Shown here: positions 49,119-58,012 of the stretch, piece by piece
Layout: each line of letters begins with the position of its first letter
Numbering within the stretch: position 1 is the first letter of the stretch
Virus record (IMG/VR): IMGVR_UViG_3300035193_000067
Span: 32,001-96,000 of that record
Direction: 5' to 3' (one strand)
DNA from: a virus
Length of the DNA stretch: 64,000 nucleotides
Position numbers and translations under genes: made by a program
The notes under the pieces: model-generated
What the model was told of the DNA's origin: nothing
What the model saw: only the letters and a program-made list of their open reading frames with translations
Databases searched by the model: none

Positions 49119-51596
49119 TTAGTTAGTGTAGAACGGATTATCGACACTATATTCACCGAAAAATCTCTTGGCTACGTACTTAAGATTGAACCAATATCTG
49201 AACACAAAACTACGAGGATCGTTCTCATCCTGGTACGCTTCAATATCTGTTAGCAAATCGATGTCACGTGTAGATCCGTTGGGATTTCTGTAAGTACCAA
49301 TATCTCTGTTTGAGATTGATCCTTTAATCGCAATGGAAATCCATGTTTTAATGTCAGTAATAAAATCTGCGAGATCATCAGGAACAACACCTTTTACATT
49401 CCCATCCAACGCCCTGGCAACCGCACGAGTAACAGCATCCTTCTGAGAAGAAGAGGAGATCTCTTCAAACTGTACAACTTTAGCCCCACCTGCTTCAGTT
49501 GTAAGAGGATCAATCAGAGTCAGGTTACCTGCTTCATTGGTCACAACAGTTACGCCATTACCTGCCAGAGTATAACGCTGACCTTGCAGATAAGTCTGAA
49601 AAGTGCTGTCAGTGAGGAATCCTGTAACAGTCTTGTTCAACAAAGCCTCTGAAGGACCTGAGAGGCTGCAGAATCTTGCAGCAACAGCTGTAGCAAGGTA
49701 ACTTCCATCAAGCTGTACAGTAACCTCTGTAGCGTCTTCCAGAACCAGTGTACGAGATACGTTGGCAGGAGCTACAAGGATCTGACGACCTCTACCGGAG
49801 GAAGTGTTACCTGGTTGAAGAGTTCTGGTAGCTCTATATACGAATGTATCAGGCGTATCAGGATCTCCAACAGCGGTATCACGTGCCATACCATACCAAC
49901 CACGACGATATTTCTTTTCAGTGATAGAACTCATGGAAGAAACATGATTCATCAGGTATACTGCCTGAGCTTCTGCGGTATCAATAACAACTAAATCAGT
50001 AATTCCGGATTTTTCACGACATACATCAATAGCTGCATTTACCTGTGAAGGAGTCGGGTACCCTGGAGCAGTTGAGTCATTAATCTGAGTGATGTACAGA
50101 GCAGAGATACCATTCTCAAAAGCAATCTCACCAGCTACAGCAAGCTCATTACGAGGGTAGTTGGCCAGAGTTAAAGGAGAGCAGTAATCATACAGCTGAT
50201 CAGGTGTGTAAACAATATTTGAAGTAGCGTAATCCGTGCTGGGGCGGGTATAATCATACGAGGAGTAGAACACTGTACCAAAGTTAGGACGGTTACCGGT
50301 ACCTGAGATTTCATAAGGGAGGGAGCTGGAAGCTATCCCGAAGATATCAGTTACACCAGAAGTGGTTCCTTCGAATAAAGAAATAGAGGATGCCGCACCT
50401 TTGGAAGAAGGTGTATCAGTAAACATTGCAGGAGCTGTCAGATTGACAGCAGAGCCACTTACTGAAGCAACATGACCATACAAAGGACCGTAAGAAGCAG
50501 ATGCAGTAAAAGCTGCATTAATATCAGCTACAACATCAGCAGCTGCAGGATTAGGGAGATTGGTGGTCAATGTGACAGTTATAGGATCGATGTTGTTGAA
50601 ACCTATTTTCAGATCTGTACCTGTTGCAGTAAAGACACCATCAAGTCCCGTAATAGTAGCATCCGTCCATGAAGTAGTATCCCAATCAAGATAATTGCCG
50701 TTAGCTTCATAGTCATAATTCTGAGTATAACTGGAAGATCCAGGATATGCACCAACAAACAGGATAGAGCTTAAAGGAGTTGCTGTAGCAGTGTTGGATA
50801 ATACATCAAGAAGCATATCCACAGCTACATAATCAATAGTGTAGGTATCAGACGAGCTGTACAGTGCGTCATTGACACGAACTACAGTAGAGGATTGAAC
50901 TCCTGCACCAGTAGTAGGAGCCCATGCAGTATTGGATACTTCAGAAGCAGCATCAGCAGCTGCAGGAGATGACAAAATAACCTTAATGTCAGAAGTTGAA
51001 TCAGTAGCTACCCCGTTAAGAGTAATAACCGGATACGTGACACCTGTAGCAGAAGAAGCAAATGCACTGTAGGAAGATCCATACAAAGGACTTGCAACCA
51101 AACCTGCATTAATGGCAGCAGCAATATTGGCACCACTTGCTGTAGCAGGAGTACCACCGACTGAAGTAACCAAGGCATCTAGATCCAGTTTAATGAAACC
51201 TTTATTATCTGCATTCAACGAAAGGTATTGAGCTGTTCCTGTTCCTGAAGATACGTCTATTGTTGCAGCAGCCCATTCATCGCCTACGAGAGTTGCAGCA
51301 ACAAAACTCCAATCACCAAGACCCAGTGCATTACTGTTCCTGTAAAGAACTGCCTGGGTACGATCTCGGTTGGAAGTATTGGAAAGAGTAGCTACATAAG
51401 GAGTGGAGGTTGAGAGAGTCAAAGACTCATTGTATACCTTACCTCGTACAATAGCTTCATCATTCGCTCTACGCGTCCGTGGTGCAATAGCAACAATACC
51501 CAGTGTTCTCTCTGATGTAATAGAGACAGCACCAGGCTGTACTTTTTCTCGAATATATGTTCCTGGGTCAACATACCCATTAACTCCAAAAGCCAT
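49119..51596 (-). CDS. tail sheath protein
   Basis: N-terminal YVDPGTYIRE, AFENG, HVSSMS...RRG, YLATAVAA, L..NGVTVV; 825 aa with inserted beta domains. Confidence 0.88.
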   Translation of the reverse strand: MAFGVNGYVDPGTYIREKVQPGAVSITSERTLGIVAIAPRTRRANDEAIVRGKVYNESLTLSTSTPYVATLSNTSNRDRTQAVLYRNSNALGLGDWSFVAATLVGDEWAAATIDVSSGTGTAQYLSLNADNKGFIKLDLDALVTSVGGTPATASGANIAAAINAGLVASPLYGSSYSAFASSATGVTYPVITLNGVATDSTSDIKVILSSPAAADAASEVSNTAWAPTTGAGVQSSTVVRVNDALYSSSDTYTIDYVAVDMLLDVLSNTATATPLSSILFVGAYPGSSSYTQNYDYEANGNYLDWDTTSWTDATITGLDGVFTATGTDLKIGFNNIDPITVTLTTNLPNPAAADVVADINAAFTASASYGPLYGHVASVSGSAVNLTAPAMFTDTPSSKGAASSISLFEGTTSGVTDIFGIASSSLPYEISGTGNRPNFGTVFYSSYDYTRPSTDYATSNIVYTPDQLYDYCSPLTLANYPRNELAVAGEIAFENGISALYITQINDSTAPGYPTPSQVNAAIDVCREKSGITDLVVIDTAEAQAVYLMNHVSSMSSITEKKYRRGWYGMARDTAVGDPDTPDTFVYRATRTLQPGNTSSGRGRQILVAPANVSRTLVLEDATEVTVQLDGSYLATAVAARFCSLSGPSEALLNKTVTGFLTDSTFQTYLQGQRYTLAGNGVTVVTNEAGNLTLIDPLTTEAGGAKVVQFEEISSSSQKDAVTRAVARALDGNVKGVVPDDLADFITDIKTWISIAIKGSISNRDIGTYRNPNGSTRDIDLLTDIEAYQDENDPRSFVFRYWFNLKYVAKRFFGEYSVDNPFYTN

Positions 51597-51670
51597 TCAG
51601 CATCTCCTAATCTCTCACTGCGTGAGCTTAAATGGAAAACAGCAGATCAATACTACCTACCGCAGTATCA

Positions 51671-51695
51671 ATTATAGAACAGAGATTGTCGGGAT
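51671..51695 (-). promoter_or_regulatory. candidate late promoter (upstream of sheath)
   Basis: Minus strand ATCCCGACA-N10-TATAAT; similar motifs upstream of other structural units. Confidence 0.55.
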
Positions 51696-51711
51696 TTTAA
51701 AGATGGGTTGT

Positions 51712-52875
51712 TTACAGTTTAAAATAGTTAGTACCAAAATAATCACCGGATAAGGAGTCTCCTGATGCTGTAGGTATAGGTACTGCATTTGTTTTGTCAG
51801 CTATATATACGTCTCCAGAAGTCTTCTTATCTATAAAGTCTTCAATGAATATAGGTACAGACCCTCGCACTGCATAAATGTGCTCATACTGCTCCCCTCC
51901 CTGTCTGGGTTTATTAATTTCACCGTTCCAGGAGAATTGATTATTTAATGATATATGATACCATTCATCCGCAACAGATCTGTCAAAATAAGATCTTCCA
52001 AAAAACTCAAAAGCATTCTTGTTTGTGTAGTATGTAAAAAAAGCGCTAACAAGGTCAGACAGCTCAGCACGAGTATTGATACTATCGCCTACTACATCTA
52101 TATTTATGACCATATCAGCAGACTGAGAATATCTGTTCAGAATAGGATTGTCTGCATCAGTATATGAAGCAGATTGACCAACACTTAAGCCTAGCAAGGA
52201 CAGCAGCTGTGAATTTCCTCCAGTAATTTCAACTGAATTACGATCTGAAGGAGATGCAGCTCCTCCGGCTTCTATCTCCAAACAACCTGAAGAAGATTCT
52301 TTGAGCGTATAATAGAGTGCCTGAGTCTTATTAACCACTCTGACAATATCTGCCACAGACACTGAAGAGAAATCTGCGAACTGAGAAGGATCCAGAGTGA
52401 TAGTGGAGTATTGAGTATATTGATCCAGAGGAGTTGTTTTAATCTGAATATTCAAAGGGGATATCAATGTATTTAAATTAAAAGGCCCTGTACCAGTACC
52501 TGAAACAAAAGGAGGGTATTGAATTTGAGAAACAAAAGTACCACCTATACCCATAACCCGCTCTCTGTAAGAAGATGACGTGATGGAGATCATGGGGAAC
52601 TTATCCAGGGTATCACCGTATGCAGTAATGATATTAACTACAGTCTCAAGCCCTGATAAACCTTCATTTCCACCAAAGGAGAATTTTTGAATATTGGGAA
52701 TCTCTTCAATCTTGGAAAGACCGTCCTGATTCGTGTAATCAAAAAAATCAGTAAGTTCTTTTATGAAGACATCCTTGGCAGTCTCCTGAAGCTGACCAAA
52801 CCTGGATCTGTCGGTAGGATCAAAAGGCTGGCTGGATCTCATTTCCAAATAAGGTCTTGTTTGAGTTGCAACCAT
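51712..52875 (-). CDS. tail terminator / neck protein
   Basis: Directly upstream of sheath; FPMISIT and INIDVV...RAELSDLV pattern of tail-completion proteins. Confidence 0.55.
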   Translation of the reverse strand: MVATQTRPYLEMRSSQPFDPTDRSRFGQLQETAKDVFIKELTDFFDYTNQDGLSKIEEIPNIQKFSFGGNEGLSGLETVVNIITAYGDTLDKFPMISITSSSYRERVMGIGGTFVSQIQYPPFVSGTGTGPFNLNTLISPLNIQIKTTPLDQYTQYSTITLDPSQFADFSSVSVADIVRVVNKTQALYYTLKESSSGCLEIEAGGAASPSDRNSVEITGGNSQLLSLLGLSVGQSASYTDADNPILNRYSQSADMVINIDVVGDSINTRAELSDLVSAFFTYYTNKNAFEFFGRSYFDRSVADEWYHISLNNQFSWNGEINKPRQGGEQYEHIYAVRGSVPIFIEDFIDKKTSGDVYIADKTNAVPIPTASGDSLSGDYFGTNYFKL

Positions 52876-52878
52876 ATA

Positions 52879-53922
52879 TCACCACACCAGAGAGAAAGGC
52901 CCTACAGAGTCTTCTGCTCGAACCTTAAACGTTTGAGTCATTACTGTAAATCCTCTGGGATCAGATCCTGACCATGCAGTCAGAATGAAGCGACTCCCTT
53001 TAAAGGTACCGTCCATAAACTCAATTACTACATTAGGACCTTCCAGTTTCTCCTGATCAGATCCCACCTCAATACGAGAATCAAAAAATGAAAGACCCAC
53101 TGTCCAGAAGGATAGACCGTTTATTTCAGGATAATCACCATACTCTGATTTTACAATTGTTTTCTCAGGAACGGTCTTAATTACCTTGATAAAAGGACCT
53201 GTCTGATACTGCCCATCTGCATCCAGGTTTCCTAAAGGAATTTCAGAATACCTTGCCCGAACTATCTCAAAGAAAGGTGAAAGCACATTAATAGTGTCTC
53301 TATGAAGAACTGCCTTAAATCTTATCAAACCCGTTGAAGGATTATCCGTTGGAAGATTTGATATAGGACTCCAGGTAGATCCTGAGTCAGTGGAATAGTA
53401 AACATCAACTGAAGAATACTGACTTATGCGCTCGTATGTAACTGCTTCATAATCCCAAACACTACCTATGGCATCTCGTGTAAAAGGTTTATCACCACTT
53501 TCAAGACTTCCTTCAGTTTCCCCTGAAACTATTTGTACCTTTGAAGATTTGAAGTCTGTAGTTATTTCAAGGTTACTAAGAATTACGTCACCATCAGTAG
53601 GAGCCATCCACAAAGTCTTGTAGCCCCACTTAAAATACCCCGGTACGTAACCATCAAAAACACCATGACAGCTTCTACATTTCCGATCAGAGCTTGCATG
53701 AGACTTTTTGTAGCAACTGCAGGTATTACCTGATGTAGCGCCTATCCAAACTTCCACACGAACACCTGCCAGAGAAACCTCTTCCCGTAGAGAGGCAAGT
53801 TCCTTACCTGTAGTATTGTCTGCGGTAATCCTACGATTAATATCCCTGCCCCAGTAACCTACAGCAGTACCTCCCAGGCCTTTACAGCCATCCTTCGTAA
53901 GCCATGGAACACATGTTGACAT
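52879..53922 (-). CDS. neck / head-closure protein with Zn-binding motif
   Basis: CSC...CRSCHG..GY motif; position between head and sheath genes. Confidence 0.55.
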   Translation of the reverse strand: MSTCVPWLTKDGCKGLGGTAVGYWGRDINRRITADNTTGKELASLREEVSLAGVRVEVWIGATSGNTCSCYKKSHASSDRKCRSCHGVFDGYVPGYFKWGYKTLWMAPTDGDVILSNLEITTDFKSSKVQIVSGETEGSLESGDKPFTRDAIGSVWDYEAVTYERISQYSSVDVYYSTDSGSTWSPISNLPTDNPSTGLIRFKAVLHRDTINVLSPFFEIVRARYSEIPLGNLDADGQYQTGPFIKVIKTVPEKTIVKSEYGDYPEINGLSFWTVGLSFFDSRIEVGSDQEKLEGPNVVIEFMDGTFKGSRFILTAWSGSDPRGFTVMTQTFKVRAEDSVGPFSLVW

Positions 53923-53928
53923 AGGAAA

Positions 53929-54102
53929 CTACCGCCCTTCCAAAAACTCTAATACAAGCTCTTCCAGAGACCTCTTTTCATGAGGATCTTTTACTCTGGA
54001 AATCAGTACGGATATTCTCTCCGGATTGAATATGTTATTAAGTATTTCCTGACCTTCTGACTGAGGATCTGATAAATCAACCTCTATCTTTTTTTCAGTC
54101 AT
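53929..54102 (-). CDS. small hypothetical protein (57 aa)
   Basis: Manual translation MTEKKIEVDLSDPQSEG...LEFLEGR*; TGATG overlap with upstream gene; fills the gap exactly. Below ORF-track cutoff. Confidence 0.65.
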   Translation of the reverse strand: MTEKKIEVDLSDPQSEGQEILNNIFNPERISVLISRVKDPHEKRSLEELVLEFLEGR

Positions 54103-55025
54103 CAGTACGTACCAGGCATGTTCGAATTATAATAATTTCTGAAATAAGCACCTGTAGGGGCTGCCAGGATTCCCTGATAAAAACCATAACCAACACGGTA
54201 CTCTGATATAGAGAACCCTGTGTTGATATAGTGCATCTTAAATTCTCTGATGTCCTTTGAAATCTCCGAAGATAGTGAATCATACATGGGTTTCAACATC
54301 TGAGCATGCGTAATGGCAAACGAATGTCCGCTGTCCGAAAACTGCGGAATATCCGTATCCACCGCAAAAAGGAACTGGCTGCGAAGCCCTTCAAGTACAG
54401 CACACCTGATAAGCAACTCAGATCCATGCCAGAACGGAAAGTTGGACATTCCAAAAGTTACATATGGTTGAGCCTGATTAATTCGCTCAAGACCTGCCTG
54501 CAGATACAAAAGGAGCTGAGAATCACTATAACCCAATGTACAAAACTTTTCAGGATTGATAACCTTAATGGATTTATCCAACTGAAGACGTAACCTGGGA
54601 AGTAACGACAATACTACCGGAGTGTATACTTCCAGAAGTTGTACTCTAAAAACTTCCTCTTCCCCTGAAGCACGTCTAACTCTCCATGCGAACAAATACG
54701 CCCCTGAAGAATTTGTTTCACCTGAAGAGTCTCCCCAGGTTATGCCGTATTTTCCTGTGCCAATATGCTTTATCCGTCTGTTGTCAGGGATGGAAACAGG
54801 CCAGTATGATTCTGAATAAACTATTGTATTTGTATAGTCGTAAACATCAAGATACAAATACCCTGTAGGCTCAGTACCGCCGTTAGTCATCTGCTCTTCT
54901 ATATCTACAGGATTACCTTCATAATCCATTACTGATATATCCACCAACCTCTTGGAGTTGAGCATAGCCATCTCAACCTCATTGAGAACGGAAGGAGCGT
55001 TATGACCTGGTTGGATAATGAGCAT
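54102..55025 (-). CDS. head-tail adaptor / neck protein
   Basis: Ig-like N half and helical 'YSDSQLLLYLQAGLERIN..P' adaptor-like C half; neck-gene position. Confidence 0.55.
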   Translation of the reverse strand: MLIIQPGHNAPSVLNEVEMAMLNSKRLVDISVMDYEGNPVDIEEQMTNGGTEPTGYLYLDVYDYTNTIVYSESYWPVSIPDNRRIKHIGTGKYGITWGDSSGETNSSGAYLFAWRVRRASGEEEVFRVQLLEVYTPVVLSLLPRLRLQLDKSIKVINPEKFCTLGYSDSQLLLYLQAGLERINQAQPYVTFGMSNFPFWHGSELLIRCAVLEGLRSQFLFAVDTDIPQFSDSGHSFAITHAQMLKPMYDSLSSEISKDIREFKMHYINTGFSISEYRVGYGFYQGILAAPTGAYFRNYYNSNMPGTY

Positions 55026-55405
55026 TAATCACCCAGTACAATGAAAGTTACTACCGCCTGTGAGGAAGTTGCCTGCACTGTGGCTTCCGTAATGTTGCAT
55101 TTAGCAAGAAGAATGAAACCGCCAGCACCTATAGAGATCGTCTCAGCACCACCGTTTAAAATAACATCAACCGGAGCACTGGCACCGACATAGAATACTG
55201 ATCCTGAAGAGACTGTGCTCATGGGAAGAGATGTGGGAGAAGCTGTAGGGACACTAAGTGTCTGAGCACCTCCCTCAGCATACGTAATTGTAAGACCTGT
55301 TGTAGAGGAAGATCCTACGGCAGGAGATCCCAACAGAACACTTGAAGATGCACCGTCCTGCACGATTGGATAAGTAATACTACCTGTTATAGTTGATGTT
55401 GACAT
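55025..55405 (-). CDS. small beta-rich virion protein
   Basis: 126 aa, Ser/Thr/Gly/Val-rich. Confidence 0.5.
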   Translation of the reverse strand: MSTSTITGSITYPIVQDGASSSVLLGSPAVGSSSTTGLTITYAEGGAQTLSVPTASPTSLPMSTVSSGSVFYVGASAPVDVILNGGAETISIGAGGFILLAKCNITEATVQATSSQAVVTFIVLGD

Positions 55406-55860
55406 TAATCAGCTCCTTGCAGCCCATATGAGAGACCTATTGCCAAGAGTCCCCCTGATATTATACCTACTATAAATAAAAATGATGGTGATTTATACCA
55501 TCTACTGTTTTCATTTAAAGATTGCCTGTACCGCTCTTCCAGTGCATCATAGTTCTTTTCGGACTTTCCCAAAGCGTCTTCATACTTATCGGAGATCTTT
55601 TCTGAGACTGCCAATTGGACCTTGTACTTGGAAATAAGTATTTCCTGCAATCGTATTTTTGTATCCAACTCAGGGATCTTTTTCTCTCGGATTAATGAAA
55701 GCTCTGAAAGATCTTTCAGCATTAAATCAGTAGTAGGCTCATCAAACCAGTATCCAGGAACATCGTTATATACCAAATACGCTTTATTGGAGTAACCCAG
55801 AGAATTCACAGAGAACAATGAAAACAACAACAGTAATACAACTGATACTACTTTCTTCAA
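55405..55860 (-). CDS. membrane protein, possibly spanin-like (signal peptide, coiled coil, C-terminal TM)
   Basis: MKK + hydrophobic leader, coiled coil, C-terminal FLFIVGIISGGLLAIGL; no lipobox Cys. Confidence 0.5.
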   Translation of the reverse strand: MKKVVSVVLLLLFSLFSVNSLGYSNKAYLVYNDVPGYWFDEPTTDLMLKDLSELSLIREKKIPELDTKIRLQEILISKYKVQLAVSEKISDKYEDALGKSEKNYDALEERYRQSLNENSRWYKSPSFLFIVGIISGGLLAIGLSYGLQGAD

Positions 55861-56210
55861 TACCCCAGCTCCTCAAATTTATCCAGTTTTTGATCAAAGT
55901 CCATGGACTCAATCTCTTTATTGGTTTTAACGATCTCCTGATCTACTTCTGAAATGTTGGCATCGGTTTCCTTTAAAGAACCCTCAACCTCAATTATCTG
56001 CTCCTGTAGCGCTTCCTTATAACCTTTAAGATGCTCAGCCTCCTGAAGGTCCTCAGATATACCATTAGGCTTCTCAAAATCTACTGGAGGTAATATATCT
56101 TTTCTCTTAAATAAAGCAAACAAAACAACTGCCGCAACGCTGATAGCAGATAAAACAACTACAACATGATCAGACAACCATTCATATACTCTTTTTAAGA
56201 CAGTCTTCAT
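55857..56210 (-). CDS. i-spanin-like membrane protein
   Basis: Single N-terminal TM followed by acidic coiled coil; overlaps both neighbours by 4 nt. Confidence 0.5.
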   Translation of the reverse strand: MKTVLKRVYEWLSDHVVVVLSAISVAAVVLFALFKRKDILPPVDFEKPNGISEDLQEAEHLKGYKEALQEQIIEVEGSLKETDANISEVDQEIVKTNKEIESMDFDQKLDKFEELGY

Positions 56211-56518
56211 TTTTTAGACTCGATCTTTTTCTCTATTGAAGCTTTTTTTGCAATGGTAACGGTAACAGTTTTATAAATCAGAAGATTCAAGCAACCCAAG
56301 CCACCACCTACCAAAAGCTTATCACCTAAAGAGTCCTCCGGAAGAAGAAGTCCACCAGCAGCTCCAAGTATTACAGGAAGGAAGTGGATAACCCGAAGAC
56401 CATTAACGGTATGAAAAAAATCAAACCTTGACTTTAAACCGTTGACAATAAAATGAACAATAACAGGGAGAAATATATAAGGACCAAAATCCTTAAAAAT
56501 GCTTACCAGTTCACTCAT
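56207..56518 (-). CDS. putative holin
   Basis: 103 aa, three hydrophobic segments, Lys-rich C-terminus. Confidence 0.6.
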   Translation of the reverse strand: MSELVSIFKDFGPYIFLPVIVHFIVNGLKSRFDFFHTVNGLRVIHFLPVILGAAGGLLLPEDSLGDKLLVGGGLGCLNLLIYKTVTVTIAKKASIEKKIESKK

Positions 56519-56529
56519 AACACACTCCT

Positions 56530-56976
56530 TTAAACGTTTGAACTTAAAACTTCAGTGATAAAAATCACCTCAACAGGCATATCCACCGTATCTGTGTTTT
56601 TAAATTCTACAACAACAGGATAACCGTTGAGATCTACCGATTTACCTGGGACATTTGCAGGAAGAATACCTGTACCTGAATAGATAGTATATGCAGCCTC
56701 AGATGTGCTGGTGCCGACTGCAGCCGCAGCCGCCTGACTGATACCTCCTACATGAATAGAGTCAACAGCGTAGGCAGAAACCTTGTTACCTGACACATCC
56801 GTAAAGTAACCCCCAAAGAAAACTTCCCTGGAAAGCTTGGTTGCATCCACTCCAACGGACCTAACAAGGATGGTTAGATTCTTAACCGGAGCAGAATATG
56901 TATTATCCCAAACACGATAAGCACCACCACCTGTAGGCACGCTTACATTTTTGACAGTCTGATTAAATTGAGGCAT
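56530..56976 (-). CDS. hypothetical virion protein
   Basis: 148 aa beta-rich, AGGAG RBS, preceded by candidate late promoter. Confidence 0.6.
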   Translation of the reverse strand: MPQFNQTVKNVSVPTGGGAYRVWDNTYSAPVKNLTILVRSVGVDATKLSREVFFGGYFTDVSGNKVSAYAVDSIHVGGISQAAAAAVGTSTSEAAYTIYSGTGILPANVPGKSVDLNGYPVVVEFKNTDTVDMPVEVIFITEVLSSNV

Positions 56977-57007
56977 TTAGTCTCCTAAATAAAAGGTCAA
57001 CAATAAT

Positions 57008-57032
57008 AGTATAACAGCACGTATGTAGGGAT
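57008..57032 (-). promoter_or_regulatory. candidate late promoter
   Basis: Minus strand ATCCCTACA-N10-TATACT. Confidence 0.55.
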
Positions 57033-57046
57033 ATTAAAGTGAGGAA

Positions 57047-57856
57047 CTATTCAGTGAGGTGCTTGAGAGCAAAGTCTTTAACTGTCGGATATCCTGCATT
57101 GCTGGCAAGGTACTCCCAGTCAAGATCCTTCAGATCAGATTCAATAGTTTCAATTTCATCGATCATGTCACGAGCTTTAATTCTATCCGCACCCTGGTCT
57201 TTTTCAGATCTCAGGCACAAACCTACTACACGAGGATCAGGCTCATTTGCATTCAGAATTTTCTCTTCCTTGGAAACTTCTTCATCTTCTTCAGGCTTAG
57301 CATCAGAAACAGATCTCCTGTTCATCAGTGCCGAAAATTTATCCTGTGCATTCATCATCTCTTCTTCGGCAGATGTACCAAACCGCTTAGCCAATTTTTC
57401 AAAATAATCATAATACTCTTCCTCAGATACGAGTCGAAGGATTGAAGGTTTGCGGTTAATCATTGCGCGTAATTCCATAGAACCTTTAATACCGTCAAAT
57501 GGTACAAACTGAGTCAGATTCATAGGATGCTTAACCCTGGGGATGTTGATAAAAATAGGCTCGCCCTCATATTTACAGGTTATTGAGATATTGGTAGTAC
57601 CCAGGTTCTGAATATAGATCTCAGATTCTTCCTCAAAGAGTTTAGTCCAGTTGGTTACAAAGCTGTTAGCGTTTTTTGTCTGTCGTTTAATCATTGTTTC
57701 ACTCTCAATTTCTCCAGCATGCTTTAGCATGAAGGGTTTTTTGCTGAAGACAGTACACTTGCCTGTTTTCAGCAGCATTCTTGCTTTGGCCGGTGATGTT
57801 TTTGAGATAAACTGATTATTTTGATCCAGAACTGGTACAGTTTTATCTGTGGACAT
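57047..57856 (-). CDS. protein with N-terminal PLMP/RRXRR-like domain fused to an unknown domain
   Basis: VPVLDQNNQFISKTSPAKARMLLKTGKCTVFSKKPFMLK parallels the IscB N-terminal consensus V.VLD..G.PLMPT.PA.AR.LLK.GKA.V....PFTI.L. Start placed at 57856 (MSTDK) rather than 57922. Confidence 0.7.
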   Translation of the reverse strand: MSTDKTVPVLDQNNQFISKTSPAKARMLLKTGKCTVFSKKPFMLKHAGEIESETMIKRQTKNANSFVTNWTKLFEEESEIYIQNLGTTNISITCKYEGEPIFINIPRVKHPMNLTQFVPFDGIKGSMELRAMINRKPSILRLVSEEEYYDYFEKLAKRFGTSAEEEMMNAQDKFSALMNRRSVSDAKPEEDEEVSKEEKILNANEPDPRVVGLCLRSEKDQGADRIKARDMIDEIETIESDLKDLDWEYLASNAGYPTVKDFALKHLTE

Positions 57857-57860
57857 TTTC

Positions 57861-57945
57861 CAGCCTTCGCTGATCTCTCCAAAAAAGGAGGTTAAATAGA
57901 GACCTCCCGGTTTGAGGTGCATTATTGCATAGCCTTGGGAGGTTC
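57861..57945 (-). promoter_or_regulatory. structured RNA leader upstream of PLMP-domain gene
   Basis: Stems ACCTCCC/GGGAGGT enclosing AGG/CCT and TGCA-ATAA-TGCA; CTCC-T6-GGAG; CAGC-GAAG-GCTG. Confidence 0.5.
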
Positions 57946-57951
57946 TGTTTT

Positions 57952-57998
57952 AAAAAAGAGGGGAGGGTCACAAAAGGAGGCGAAAAGCAACCCTCCCC
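57952..57998 (-). terminator. intrinsic terminator after major capsid gene
   Basis: GGGGAGGGTTGC...GTGACCCTCCCC stem followed by TCTTTTTT. Confidence 0.75.
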
Positions 57999-58012
57999 CA
58001 AAAAGCTAATGA

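Noticed and set aside
34990-51596. Stand-alone contractile injection system or tailocin
   Set aside because: Capsid, protease, scaffold and a full replication module flank the tail genes, so this is a phage.
57047-57922. Intact IscB/IsrB nuclease or IS200/605 element
   Set aside because: No RuvC or HNH motifs, protein too short, no tnpA or element ends visible; only the N-terminal domain resemblance is supported.
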